IMG/VR virus record: IMGVR_UViG_3300017770_000005 | Span: 12,051-76,050 of that record | Direction: 5' to 3' (one strand) | Origin: a virus | Length of the DNA stretch: 64,000 bases | Shown: positions 8,152 to 18,249 of the stretch, in pieces | Layout of the letters: each line of letters begins with the position of its first letter | Numbering within the stretch: position 1 is the first letter of the stretch | The notes under the pieces: generated by a model | What the model saw: only the letters and a program-made list of their open reading frames with translations | Told to the model about the DNA's origin: nothing | Database searches by the model: none | Made by a program: the position numbers and the translations under genes

Positions 8152-10561
8152 GACTAGCACCGATCCACTAGAAATACTCTTAGAGATGGGTGTAGACCTA
8201 GATAATCTCTCTGGTGAGGAAGATTATCTTAGTGCCTTGATGGAGGCGGCAGCAACTATTGAATTCTTGACAAAAGGAAGTGGTGATGAACGTAGTGCTG
8301 CCCTTAGAAAAGAAATTATAGCAGTAAGAAAGAAAAGAAAAGCAGCAGATCCAAAGTTTAAAGCAAAAACTGCAAAAATATCTAAGAGTTCTTTTAAACC
8401 AAAGCAGGCACCTAAACAGAAAGTATTACCTTCAAGTGCTCTTGTTCCGTATCAGAGTCCAGAGAATAAACCTGAGGAAGAGAGTGGAAATAAAAAAACA
8501 AAAAATGAACTTGTAAAGTCTGATAAAAGTGAAAGTATTTTTTCTAGTATTCTGAAGAATATCATTGCAATAAAAGGTCTCATTAAGGAAAGACTTAATG
8601 TAACTAAGAGTATCAGAAATGCTGAGAGAAAGAACCTTCTGAAGCAGAAAAGAAAAGCAAAAGAAGATTTGTTAGAAAAGGATAAGAAAGGAAATGGTTT
8701 CCTCAAAAAATTAAAAGGTGCTTTACCTCGATTAAACATATTTGATGCAATATTTAATTGGATCAAGAATGTAGTTCTAGGTAGAATTCTTATCAAGATC
8801 ATTGATTGGATGTCAGATCCAAAGAATAAGAAAAAACTTGATACTCTTGGTAGGTTCTTAAAAGATTGGTGGCCAGCACTTACTGCTGCATTTGTATTGT
8901 TTGCTACTCCATTGGGTGCTTTTATTAGAACCGTAGTAAGTGGAATGGCAAGACTTACTGCGTTCTTAGTACGAAGAGCAATACCTGCGTTAATAGGTTT
9001 TGCAGCAAAGAATCCACTTGCAGCTGCTGCAGTTGCCACTGCCATCGGTGCTGGTGTTTTAGCATATAGAGCTAAGGATGGCACTGAACAGCAACTAGAA
9101 GAGAAAGGTCTGAGTGATGCTACTCCAAAGGAGCAAGCAGATGAACTATCAAAACCTGGTAGTATTATGGAAACATTTACTAGGGGTCTACTACCTTCTT
9201 TGAATGATAAACGAGAAGGATATTCTGGTGGTGGTATGGCTCGTGGAACTGATACTGTTCCTGCCATGCTCACTCCAGGTGAGTTTGTAATGAGTCGTGG
9301 TGCTGTTGATAAGTTTGGTAGTGGTTTTATGGAATCTATCAATGCTGCTGGTGGTGGTACAAATAAACCAAAAATAATGAGTGGAACCACATATGCATCA
9401 GGTGGTGGTAGTGTTATTGCGTCCGATTCTAAAGTGAGTTATTATGATCCATCTCTTGGTGGAATTAATGCGAGTGGTGCTAAAACTGCTAGTGGTCTAC
9501 CTGCTACTTCTACTGGTGAAGGATATAAACCAGAGGTATTTTCTGCTGCAGCATTTCCACCATTACTAAAACTTCTTCCCAGTGATATGACAGCACCTGC
9601 ACAAGGTTTCCCTGGAGGTAGAACATTAAAAAGTCCATTCCAGGTTGTTGTTACCAAAGGTGATAAAAAGGCAGTTGTGCGTGTCAATGATGTTGGTCCT
9701 GGTGTTGAAGGACACGCAGATAATCATATGCTAGATTTTAGTGTTGCTACTAAAAATTATCTAGGAACAGGAAGTGGTGGATTTGATATTCACATGGCAA
9801 AGAGTAATGCTAAATTGGGACCAATCGATAAAGATAAAAATATTTCCAACTTTACAATCAAGTTTGACGGATTGAAAAATTATGGTGGTTATGTTCTTCC
9901 TAGTCTTGATAGCATTCCCAACTATAGTCAAGAAAAAGAAACTAAGAAAGAGTATAAAGTTGGTGATCTTGTACAAAAGACTACAGGTGGCAAAACTAGA
10001 ATCCTAGTATTCGATGGTCAAGGATGGGCAGATGCTAGAAACCCGAGGGCAGCAACATCTCAAGGAACTGTTACAACTACACTAGGTGGTAGATCTGCAT
10101 CTGAAAGTCGAGCTAATAGTGGTATTATGAGTAGTCTAGAAGGTATAGATTTCTCAGATCTAAGAGGAACTTCTGCTTTTAGTGATATTTTTGCTGGAGC
10201 AAGACAGAGTTTAGGAACAGAAGGACCAACATTTACTCCATATGTAAACTCTTTAAGTGATTCACCAAGTACATCAATTCAAAACAATAATACTACTAAT
10301 ACATTTAAGTCTGATGGTAGACAACAACTCATCCCATTTCCTTTGGAGAGACTTTCTCCAATCGATAACTTAAAACGTCAACCTCTAAATTCAGTTGAAA
10401 CTATAGATCTTGATCCAATTACATCGGCATTTGGACCACCATCTTCAAATCCCACAAACTCACCACATGATCCAGAATTTCCAACAATTTCAGAATCCAA
10501 AGAGTCGGTAATTGTGAGAGAAATGGTTCTTCTAAACACTCTTGGAGGTGATGGAGAATGA
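8141..10561 (+). CDS. Large tail-associated (tape-measure-like) protein with a RlpA/DPBB lytic-transglycosylase-like domain
   Basis: Lys-rich helical N-terminus, hydrophobic helices, GTDTVPAMLTPGEFVM motif; SYY...ATSTGE...SAAA...VVRVNDVGP...LDFS is the RlpA pattern. Confidence 0.7.
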   Translation: MASRTSTDPLEILLEMGVDLDNLSGEEDYLSALMEAAATIEFLTKGSGDERSAALRKEIIAVRKKRKAADPKFKAKTAKISKSSFKPKQAPKQKVLPSSALVPYQSPENKPEEESGNKKTKNELVKSDKSESIFSSILKNIIAIKGLIKERLNVTKSIRNAERKNLLKQKRKAKEDLLEKDKKGNGFLKKLKGALPRLNIFDAIFNWIKNVVLGRILIKIIDWMSDPKNKKKLDTLGRFLKDWWPALTAAFVLFATPLGAFIRTVVSGMARLTAFLVRRAIPALIGFAAKNPLAAAAVATAIGAGVLAYRAKDGTEQQLEEKGLSDATPKEQADELSKPGSIMETFTRGLLPSLNDKREGYSGGGMARGTDTVPAMLTPGEFVMSRGAVDKFGSGFMESINAAGGGTNKPKIMSGTTYASGGGSVIASDSKVSYYDPSLGGINASGAKTASGLPATSTGEGYKPEVFSAAAFPPLLKLLPSDMTAPAQGFPGGRTLKSPFQVVVTKGDKKAVVRVNDVGPGVEGHADNHMLDFSVATKNYLGTGSGGFDIHMAKSNAKLGPIDKDKNISNFTIKFDGLKNYGGYVLPSLDSIPNYSQEKETKKEYKVGDLVQKTTGGKTRILVFDGQGWADARNPRAATSQGTVTTTLGGRSASESRANSGIMSSLEGIDFSDLRGTSAFSDIFAGARQSLGTEGPTFTPYVNSLSDSPSTSIQNNNTTNTFKSDGRQQLIPFPLERLSPIDNLKRQPLNSVETIDLDPITSAFGPPSSNPTNSPHDPEFPTISESKESVIVREMVLLNTLGGDGE

Positions 10562-13500
10562 TTGGATTACTGGGGAGTTCAATTACAAGAGCAGTTGGTG
10601 GTCAACTAGCAAAAGGTGCTGCAAAAAAAGCACTTGGTGGTAAAAATAAAAAACAATCTCAAATTGTAAAAAGTCCAACCCAAGGTCAAGGACAAGGAAA
10701 AGGTGGTGCGATTGCAATAAGACCAAAGTCTGTACTTATACCAGCATCAACTATTCCTGCAAGAAATAATAAAACAGTATCTGGATCATCAAAGTCTGGT
10801 CCAGGAACACTCGAACGTATTGATAAAGAAGTTCTTGAAATTAGAAACTTACTTGGCAAGTCAATAAAAATAGAGAAACAAGATGCAACTACCAAGAAAA
10901 AATTATTTGAAAAAGAATTAAGGCAGTCTAAAGAGAACAAACTAGAAAAAAAATCTAAGATTGGTTCTGGACTTGGTGGACCAGGACTTTCAAAAATTCT
11001 TCCCAGTGGTGGAATTATTGATGCTATTCAAAACTTTATATTCAGTGTTATTGGTGGTAAAATATTAATATTTTTATTTGAAAACAGAGAAGCAGTATTT
11101 AATATTGTAAAAGGTCTTGCTGCTGCCACAGAATTTATCCTAGATCTAGGAGGAAAAATTCTAAATGGAATTATATCTCTAGTTGATGGTGCCTATGATA
11201 TTACCGACGCAATATCAAAAGAGATTGAAGCTGTTGGTGGAGAGGATGCTGGAAAAGAATATGGTAAGTTCACAGAAAAATTCAACAAGTTTGTTAACAT
11301 TGCAATGATCTTGGCAATGTCTGGAGTTCCTCTTGGTGGTATGGGATCTCCTGCAGCAAAACCTGGAGCAAAACCTGGAGTAAAACCTCAAAGTAATCTA
11401 TCACCTGGTGGAAAACCAGGACCAGGATCAAATAAATTTGGTGGTGCAAATAATAAGACTACGGAATATATGAATCGTAACCGCACGGCAAAATATTTTG
11501 AGAGAAAGTATGGTAATAATGCTGCTAGAGAATTTTCTAATGCACATAACAATGCTATAAACTCTGGCATGAAGCCAAAAGACGCATTAGCAGATGCAAA
11601 GAAACGTACAGAAAGGTTGATAAGAAAGAACAAGGGTCGTTTCAAAGTTCAATCTGCAGGACCTGGTTTGAGAGGTGGACCTGGAGGACAAGTAGCATCT
11701 GGAAGAGCAGGTGGTGTTTTTAGAAGAGGACTTAGAAATTCTGGAAGTCGTCTTCAGACCAGAATTATGGGTCGTGGTGCAAGACTTGGTTTGAATAGAA
11801 CAGGAGCAAGACTTGCAAGTAAATTTGCCAGAGTTGGTGCTGGACCTCTAGGTAGAATACCAATTGTTGGTCCACTTATGGTTGGTATTGCTTCCTATAT
11901 GGAAGATGGTAAACTTGATAGAGCATTGTTTAAGGTAGGTGGTTCTGCTATTGGTGGTTTCCTTGGTTCATTTATCCCAATTCCATTCCTAGGAACACTC
12001 CTCGGAACACTTGCTGGTGAATATGTTGGTGACTTATTTTATGAACTACTGCGTGGTGGTGGTGCATCTGCGGTTGGAAAGAGACTGAAAAATGATATTT
12101 TAAAAGTTGTAAATGGAGCTAAATTATTTTCTGAGTGGATGATGAAGGGTATTTCTAATATCCAAAAACAAGATGGACCAGAACTTGATTTATCATGGGT
12201 TCCCTTCTCAGATTTTGGTAAGATAAGACTTGGTGGTTGGGCTACTTTATTAAATCCTTTAGAGTTGAATCTAGTTAAAAAGTTTGATGTTTTAAGAAAA
12301 TCATTCTTCTCAGAATCGAATAATAATCCTGATAGTTCAACAACTTATACTGAAGGTGGAAGTAACGATGGAAGAGGAAATAGTGATGCTGAGGGTGAAG
12401 AAAGTAGGAGTGGTGGTGGTGCAAGACCAACTGTAACTGGTGGTGGTGGTAGACGTTCAATTCCTTCTGGGAATGGAGCAATTACCAAAGTTCCATTTGG
12501 TGATCCAAACTTTAGTCCAGGTACAACTAGAAATAAGTCCACACAAATTTATCTACATTGGACTGGTGGAAATTATAATGATACTAGTGCAAGTTATGGA
12601 TATCATACTATTTTTGCAGGTGACGGCAGTATTCATAGAAATAAAGGATATGATGTTACTGGAATGCATACTGAAGGAAAGAACTCTAATTCAGTAGGAC
12701 TATCACTTGCTGCTATGGGTGGAGAAGGTGTAGATTGGGATAGATTTGGGTCATACCCAGTTACTCAGGAACAATTAAATGCAATGACTGCAGAAGCAGC
12801 AAGACTTGCAATCAAATGGGGGTGGAGTGAAGGTGATATTGATAAGAATATTTGGACTCATGCCGAAGCAGGTTCTGGTTTAGATCCAAGAGGATTGAGT
12901 GGACACCTAGACAAGAATGGAGATGGAGCTCCAGATAATTATGGTCCGAGAATGTGGGGTGGATCTGTAGCAAGATGGGACCTATTGAATGTCACTGAAG
13001 GTGCAGAAATGGGCAGTGGAGGTAGTGTTGCCCGTGACATGGTTAAGAAACATTTTAGAAACTTTAAGCAAGAAGAAACTCAAAGAGGAAAAAGTGATGC
13101 TGAAGGTCTAGAAGCAGCAGCACCATCAGGATCAGGTGATAGAAAGATTCCAAATTCATCTGGACTAGAAAAGTGGCTCAATAATACTGAGAGAGGTAGT
13201 GGAGAAGAATATAATTTGAAAGGAGTTGGAAATTATGTTAGAGGGACAATGTTCGGAGGAGCACCTTATGACAAGTTATTCCTATATCCTGGTGCTAAGG
13301 AATTTAAAGATAAGAATGGACAAGTAAAAGGCATAACAAGAATTAGATCATATCTAGAAAGAAACTATCCAAATTTGTTGTCTGATAAAATTATGGATGA
13401 AAAAGGAAGGACCCAGAAAGGTGCGGGTCTTCCTGGTAATCAAAGTCTTTCCCTTAAAGAAAGGAAAGCTGCTTTAGATGCGAAACAAGAGGTAAAAACA

Positions 13501-13827
13501 ACTACAAAGACTACTACCACAACAACAGAAGATGATTCAAGAGAAAGAAATACAGGTCTAGAAGGTATAGATTTTTCAGATCTAAGAGGATCTTCTGCGT
13601 TTACTGATATTTTTGCTGGGGCAAGAAGTAATTTATCATCAATAGGTCCTTCTTCTACCATTATGAGACCTGAAGAACTAAATAGGGATATTGCTTTACG
13701 TGATCAAGCAAGTTATGAGCAGGATGGTAGTAGAACAATTATAGTAAATCAACCGTATCTAATTGCTACTGGTAATCGTGATGAGCAACAACTAGCAAGT
13801 TCATCTGGAAGTAAATTCTATTCGTAA
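10558..13827 (+). CDS. Large tail-associated (tape-measure-like) protein with an N-acetylmuramoyl-L-alanine amidase (Amidase_2) domain
   Basis: Gly-rich hydrophobic helices (GSAIGGFLGSFIPIPFLGTLLGTLAG); IYLHWTGG, YHTIFAGDGSI, HTEGKNSNSVGLS, QLNAM, WTHAE Zn-amidase motifs. Confidence 0.75.
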   Translation: MIGLLGSSITRAVGGQLAKGAAKKALGGKNKKQSQIVKSPTQGQGQGKGGAIAIRPKSVLIPASTIPARNNKTVSGSSKSGPGTLERIDKEVLEIRNLLGKSIKIEKQDATTKKKLFEKELRQSKENKLEKKSKIGSGLGGPGLSKILPSGGIIDAIQNFIFSVIGGKILIFLFENREAVFNIVKGLAAATEFILDLGGKILNGIISLVDGAYDITDAISKEIEAVGGEDAGKEYGKFTEKFNKFVNIAMILAMSGVPLGGMGSPAAKPGAKPGVKPQSNLSPGGKPGPGSNKFGGANNKTTEYMNRNRTAKYFERKYGNNAAREFSNAHNNAINSGMKPKDALADAKKRTERLIRKNKGRFKVQSAGPGLRGGPGGQVASGRAGGVFRRGLRNSGSRLQTRIMGRGARLGLNRTGARLASKFARVGAGPLGRIPIVGPLMVGIASYMEDGKLDRALFKVGGSAIGGFLGSFIPIPFLGTLLGTLAGEYVGDLFYELLRGGGASAVGKRLKNDILKVVNGAKLFSEWMMKGISNIQKQDGPELDLSWVPFSDFGKIRLGGWATLLNPLELNLVKKFDVLRKSFFSESNNNPDSSTTYTEGGSNDGRGNSDAEGEESRSGGGARPTVTGGGGRRSIPSGNGAITKVPFGDPNFSPGTTRNKSTQIYLHWTGGNYNDTSASYGYHTIFAGDGSIHRNKGYDVTGMHTEGKNSNSVGLSLAAMGGEGVDWDRFGSYPVTQEQLNAMTAEAARLAIKWGWSEGDIDKNIWTHAEAGSGLDPRGLSGHLDKNGDGAPDNYGPRMWGGSVARWDLLNVTEGAEMGSGGSVARDMVKKHFRNFKQEETQRGKSDAEGLEAAAPSGSGDRKIPNSSGLEKWLNNTERGSGEEYNLKGVGNYVRGTMFGGAPYDKLFLYPGAKEFKDKNGQVKGITRIRSYLERNYPNLLSDKIMDEKGRTQKGAGLPGNQSLSLKERKAALDAKQEVKTTTKTTTTTTEDDSRERNTGLEGIDFSDLRGSSAFTDIFAGARSNLSSIGPSSTIMRPEELNRDIALRDQASYEQDGSRTIIVNQPYLIATGNRDEQQLASSSGSKFYS

Positions 13828-15132
13828 ATGACAACAAACAAAGCACTCGAAGTACACAATATAACGAAGTTTAAACTTCATTCAAACTATGGAAAGGATA
13901 TTAGTTTGCTTGGAGAGGGTGCATTTTCTCATGTCTTGATATTTCAAAGCATCTACGACCATTCTGTTCGTGCAACATTTGAAATGTTTGATAGTGGTAT
14001 AAGACAGGAAGAAAAGAAAACTAAATCTATTGAAGAAACAGAGTCATTTAATATAACTGCTGGTGAAAAGGTTGAACTTATACTTGAAGATGAAAGAAAA
14101 CAAAAATTAGAATTTATTGAAGGAAAAGTATTTACAATATCCGAAGTGAAAGCTTCAATGACGAACACTATGAAAGAAAACTTCAAGATTGAAATGTGTC
14201 TGAATGATTTTATAGAGAATGAATTGGAGGAAAATTTTGTTGTTGAAAGATTTGATCAAAAAATAAGTGCTACTGTTAATCAAGTTCTTTCTAAGGTAAC
14301 TGAAAGAACTATATTTATTGATCCAACAGTGACAGAACTACCTATAAAAGGATGCACTGAAAGACCTTTTGATTTTGTTACATCATTATGTTTAAAAGCA
14401 CAACCAGAAAAGTTTCCTGAATCTGCAGGATATCTTCTTTTTGATAATTATAATGGACTACACTTCAGATCCATTGATGTTATGTTTAGTCAAGAACCCA
14501 AGAGGAAAATGATACTAAACGAAACTCCAAGACTTCCTCCAGGATATAGTAATAAAATATTGAATGTAGAATTTAATAACACCATGAATGTTCTTGATAG
14601 TTTAAGATATGGTGCATTACAAAACGACAAGATGAGGACATTAGATCCAAACTATCATACATATGCACAAAACTCTCACAATAGTGATGACCTTTATTTG
14701 GGAGACAATAATCTTAAGGATGTAAAACCAGTAGTTGGAGATCACTTAGAACTTCCAAAAAAATCTAGTAGAGTTATGAATCAAATGCGTGACACTGGTG
14801 TTCATCCACCTGGAAAAGACCTAGAAGAACAACTCCCATTTGCACAAGAACGGGTATTTGATCATGATACGATCCCACAATTAGCAATCAAAAGACATTA
14901 TCAGTCTAGGTTATATACTGTAAATATTAAATTATACGGTGATTTTGGCATTTTCCCTGGTGATGTAGTATATTGCGACTTTCCAGAAATTTCTTCGGAC
15001 CAATCTAAAAAGAATATTTCAAAGAAAAAATCTGGAAAATACTTAGTAGCAGATGTGGCACATTTAATATGTCCAGAAGGTTGTTATACTAAGCTAAATA
15101 TGATCAGAGACTCAATAGTAGAAGAGGAGTAA
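13828..15132 (+). CDS. Baseplate hub / tail protein (gp27-like)
   Basis: GYLLFDNYNGLHFRSID, GDFGIFPGDVV, SGKYLVADVAH hub-type motifs; upstream of gp5. Confidence 0.65.
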   Translation: MTTNKALEVHNITKFKLHSNYGKDISLLGEGAFSHVLIFQSIYDHSVRATFEMFDSGIRQEEKKTKSIEETESFNITAGEKVELILEDERKQKLEFIEGKVFTISEVKASMTNTMKENFKIEMCLNDFIENELEENFVVERFDQKISATVNQVLSKVTERTIFIDPTVTELPIKGCTERPFDFVTSLCLKAQPEKFPESAGYLLFDNYNGLHFRSIDVMFSQEPKRKMILNETPRLPPGYSNKILNVEFNNTMNVLDSLRYGALQNDKMRTLDPNYHTYAQNSHNSDDLYLGDNNLKDVKPVVGDHLELPKKSSRVMNQMRDTGVHPPGKDLEEQLPFAQERVFDHDTIPQLAIKRHYQSRLYTVNIKLYGDFGIFPGDVVYCDFPEISSDQSKKNISKKKSGKYLVADVAHLICPEGCYTKLNMIRDSIVEEE

Positions 15133-15133
15133 A

Positions 15134-15361
15134 ATGGACAGTATCGAGCAACATATTGAAAAGGACAAAGAGATTCTTGATAATCCAATGATCTCACCCA
15201 ATCAACGTCGTCATATTGAAGGTGAGTTGCATGAATTGGAAGACTATGCAGAACATCATAAGAAAGAAATTGAAGAAGGTGATCATCACGATCCCTCTCC
15301 ACTAGAATTATATTGTGACGCAAATCCATCAGAACCAGAATGTCTTGTTTACGAGGACTAA
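15134..15361 (+). CDS. cp12: CP12 Calvin-cycle inhibitor (phage auxiliary metabolic gene)
   Basis: C-terminal DPSPLELYCDANPSEPECLVYED signature. Confidence 0.95.
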   Translation: MDSIEQHIEKDKEILDNPMISPNQRRHIEGELHELEDYAEHHKKEIEEGDHHDPSPLELYCDANPSEPECLVYED

Positions 15362-15368
15362 ATGAACA

Positions 15369-18230
15369 ATGGTTAGAAGAGTAACAAGCCAATACAATAG
15401 AACAGGTGTTGAAAAAAATGTAATGTACTGGTGGACTGGTCAAGTAGTTGATGAGTCTACCTGGCTTGACAATGAACTTACACCAAATCACCCAAAGGGT
15501 GCTGCAAAAGGTCACGGAAAACGATATCGTGTTAGAATATTCAGTAGAGATTCTGAGGTCAAAATTGTCCCAGATCAACAACTGGATATGGCAGATGTCA
15601 TTATCCCTGTAACTGCAGGTTCTGGTCATGGTTGTTATTCTGAGACTGTTGTCTTATCTCAAGGATCCTGGGTTACAGGATGGTTTTGGGATGGTGCTGA
15701 AGGTAGACAACCAGTTATTTTAGGTTCTCTCCCCAATAATCCAGATACGGGACTTTTTGGTGGAGATCCACCAGAAGGATATATTGGTAGAACTGGTCTG
15801 AATGGTCTAACTGGACCAAAACCGATAAAAGAAGAAGATATACTTGCTGGCACTGCAAGTGGAACTGCAATGCCTGCTATCGAATCAAAAAGTGCAGATC
15901 CTAGTGAATTAACCAACGCAGATCCTATACAAACAGCAGATGGGAATGAGGTATCACCAAGAAAAAGAAATATTGAGTGTGAAGGTGGTTCTGGTCCATT
16001 AAAAGGTGTTCAAGGATTTATCCAAAGAGCTCTTGCTACTATCCAAAAACTAAAACTATTCAAATCAACAGCACAGAGCACAATTAACAGTATCTTAGCA
16101 ACTGCATCGAATATTACAAATCAAGTTGCTGGTGCAGTTGCAAGTCTCTTTAAGATGATTGTTGGTAAGATGAGAGGATTTATCCTCAATAAAATCAATG
16201 CTGGTCTTAAAGATGTTGGAGAACTGTTACCACCAAGTTTGAGACAAGCATTTTCTTCTGGTGCTAATAATACGATTGACACACTTGCCTGTGTATTCCA
16301 AAAAATTATGGGTACACTCTTTCAGATGGCAAAGGGTATGTTTGAGGAGTTGGTTGATAGTTATGTTATGGCACCATTATGTGCCGCCGAGAAGATGGTC
16401 GGTGATATGATTGGAAATATTCTGGGTGAAATTACTGATGCTGTAGATGGTGCAATAGGTGCTATTGCTGGATTAGTTGACTCTGGATTTGCTATTGTAG
16501 ACCAAGCATTTTCTGTTCTTGAAATTATTCAAGGTCTCCTTAATTTCTTAAAATGTGATGCTACTCCAGATTGTGAGTATAAAGATCAGTGGAGTTTCTG
16601 GAACGGTTCTAGTCTATCGGCAGATGTGTCTGATGGAATTGCAAATATTATGAAAGATATCTCACAGGGAGTTGATAATGCTCTTGGAGGAGGTGGAGGA
16701 GGTGGTGGAGGTGCTGGAGCAGGATGTAACACTGATCAACTACCTTGTGGTCCTCCAGGTCTTTCTTTCAGTGGTGGAGGTGGATCTGGTCTTGCTGGTA
16801 ATTTGATAATGTCTGCTGGACAAATCATGGGTGTTGATTTCTCCAGTTTTGGTAGTGGATATTCATACACACCAACTCTTAGTGTTACAGATGGTTGTGG
16901 AAATGGTGGTGGTTATAAAATAGAACTTCTTACTAATGATGGAAACAATTCTTCATCAGATACAAGTATAAAAGAAGGAGAGAATATTCAGATTGTTGGT
17001 GCTGTTGTAGTCCAACCTGGTTCGGGTTATCTAGATGAACCAGACGGTTCTACAAATATTAGTAAACCAGAAGAGTCAATTATTAGATATGAAGATGATA
17101 GATGGGAGGTAATGAAACCTGATGATGTAGTTGAGATACCTTATAAAGAAGACGGATATGATAATTGTCCTACTATTGCTATGCCAGTAGATACAGAATC
17201 TCAAGTATTTGATCCAAGTGGAAATGTAATTCAAGTTCTTACTGGTCAAGGACCAACAACTCCACTTCCAATGTGTAATGGTGGAACAATTACAATTCCA
17301 ACTCCTCCAAATGTATTTGAAAACGAGCAAGGTCCTGCAGATTTTACTGGAACTGCACCTGTAGATCCTGAACTCAATTCACCATACGTTAATGTTACGA
17401 CTGGTACTGGAAATTGGGATGGATTTGTTGGTGAAGATGTTAGAAATGATGATAAGGCAATTTGGGATGGTGAAAAATGGAGACTTATAAAAGAACCACG
17501 TGATAATAGACCTAATAGTGGTGGAGAAAAGGCAGATATTATATTAGATGGGGTGTATATTTACAATCCTGGATATAACTATCAACAAGGTGATGTAATT
17601 GTAGTAGAACCAGATACTGGTTTAAAATTAATTCCAACATTTAATGATATTGGTCAATTGACTGATGTTACAATTCAAGATCCTGGGTCAACATTTAGTT
17701 CTTACCCAGAAATTTACATTAAATCAGTGACTGGAATTAATGCTACAATCTTACCAATATTTAAAGTTAGGACTGAAGAAGATCCTGACGCAAATTCAAG
17801 AATTCTTTCTGGAGACAGAATTATTTCTGTTGATGATTGTATTGGTAGATTGATTATAGGTTATGTAAATGGTCAACCATACTATGGACCATTCCATAAG
17901 CATAAAGGAAGGAAGATGGTTGGTGCTGTACATAGTTCCAAACCACATGCATTCATTTACGATACACCAGAAGCAAGTCTGAGAGATCCATATTCAAAAC
18001 TAAAATCAAAGATTTATACTGCAGGACCAACTGTTCCAGTTGAGGAAACAGAAGTTTCTTCGGATGAAAGTGTTATGGTGGAACAATCAACACCCACACC
18101 TGCACCTACACAAACTCCCACAATCATATCAACACCAACACCACCTCCAACAACTAGACCCACACCACCACCATCTAGTGGAGGAAGTTCTGGATATAGT
18201 AGTGGTGGAAGTGGTGGATCAGGGTACTAA
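15369..18230 (+). CDS. gp5: gp5-like baseplate hub/spike protein (N-terminal OB fold)
   Basis: WWTGQVVD, RYRVRIF, GSWVTGWFWDGAEGRQPVILG are gp5/VgrG OB-fold motifs; GSGY repeats; Pro/Thr- and Gly/Ser-rich tail. Confidence 0.8.
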   Translation: MVRRVTSQYNRTGVEKNVMYWWTGQVVDESTWLDNELTPNHPKGAAKGHGKRYRVRIFSRDSEVKIVPDQQLDMADVIIPVTAGSGHGCYSETVVLSQGSWVTGWFWDGAEGRQPVILGSLPNNPDTGLFGGDPPEGYIGRTGLNGLTGPKPIKEEDILAGTASGTAMPAIESKSADPSELTNADPIQTADGNEVSPRKRNIECEGGSGPLKGVQGFIQRALATIQKLKLFKSTAQSTINSILATASNITNQVAGAVASLFKMIVGKMRGFILNKINAGLKDVGELLPPSLRQAFSSGANNTIDTLACVFQKIMGTLFQMAKGMFEELVDSYVMAPLCAAEKMVGDMIGNILGEITDAVDGAIGAIAGLVDSGFAIVDQAFSVLEIIQGLLNFLKCDATPDCEYKDQWSFWNGSSLSADVSDGIANIMKDISQGVDNALGGGGGGGGGAGAGCNTDQLPCGPPGLSFSGGGGSGLAGNLIMSAGQIMGVDFSSFGSGYSYTPTLSVTDGCGNGGGYKIELLTNDGNNSSSDTSIKEGENIQIVGAVVVQPGSGYLDEPDGSTNISKPEESIIRYEDDRWEVMKPDDVVEIPYKEDGYDNCPTIAMPVDTESQVFDPSGNVIQVLTGQGPTTPLPMCNGGTITIPTPPNVFENEQGPADFTGTAPVDPELNSPYVNVTTGTGNWDGFVGEDVRNDDKAIWDGEKWRLIKEPRDNRPNSGGEKADIILDGVYIYNPGYNYQQGDVIVVEPDTGLKLIPTFNDIGQLTDVTIQDPGSTFSSYPEIYIKSVTGINATILPIFKVRTEEDPDANSRILSGDRIISVDDCIGRLIIGYVNGQPYYGPFHKHKGRKMVGAVHSSKPHAFIYDTPEASLRDPYSKLKSKIYTAGPTVPVEETEVSSDESVMVEQSTPTPAPTQTPTIISTPTPPPTTRPTPPPSSGGSSGYSSGGSGGSGY

Positions 18231-18249
18231 ATACAAATAAAAACACAGT

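Noticed and set aside
8452-9390. 312-aa antisense ORF
   Set aside because: Lies wholly opposite a well-supported gene; no RBS or motif; typical codon-bias shadow
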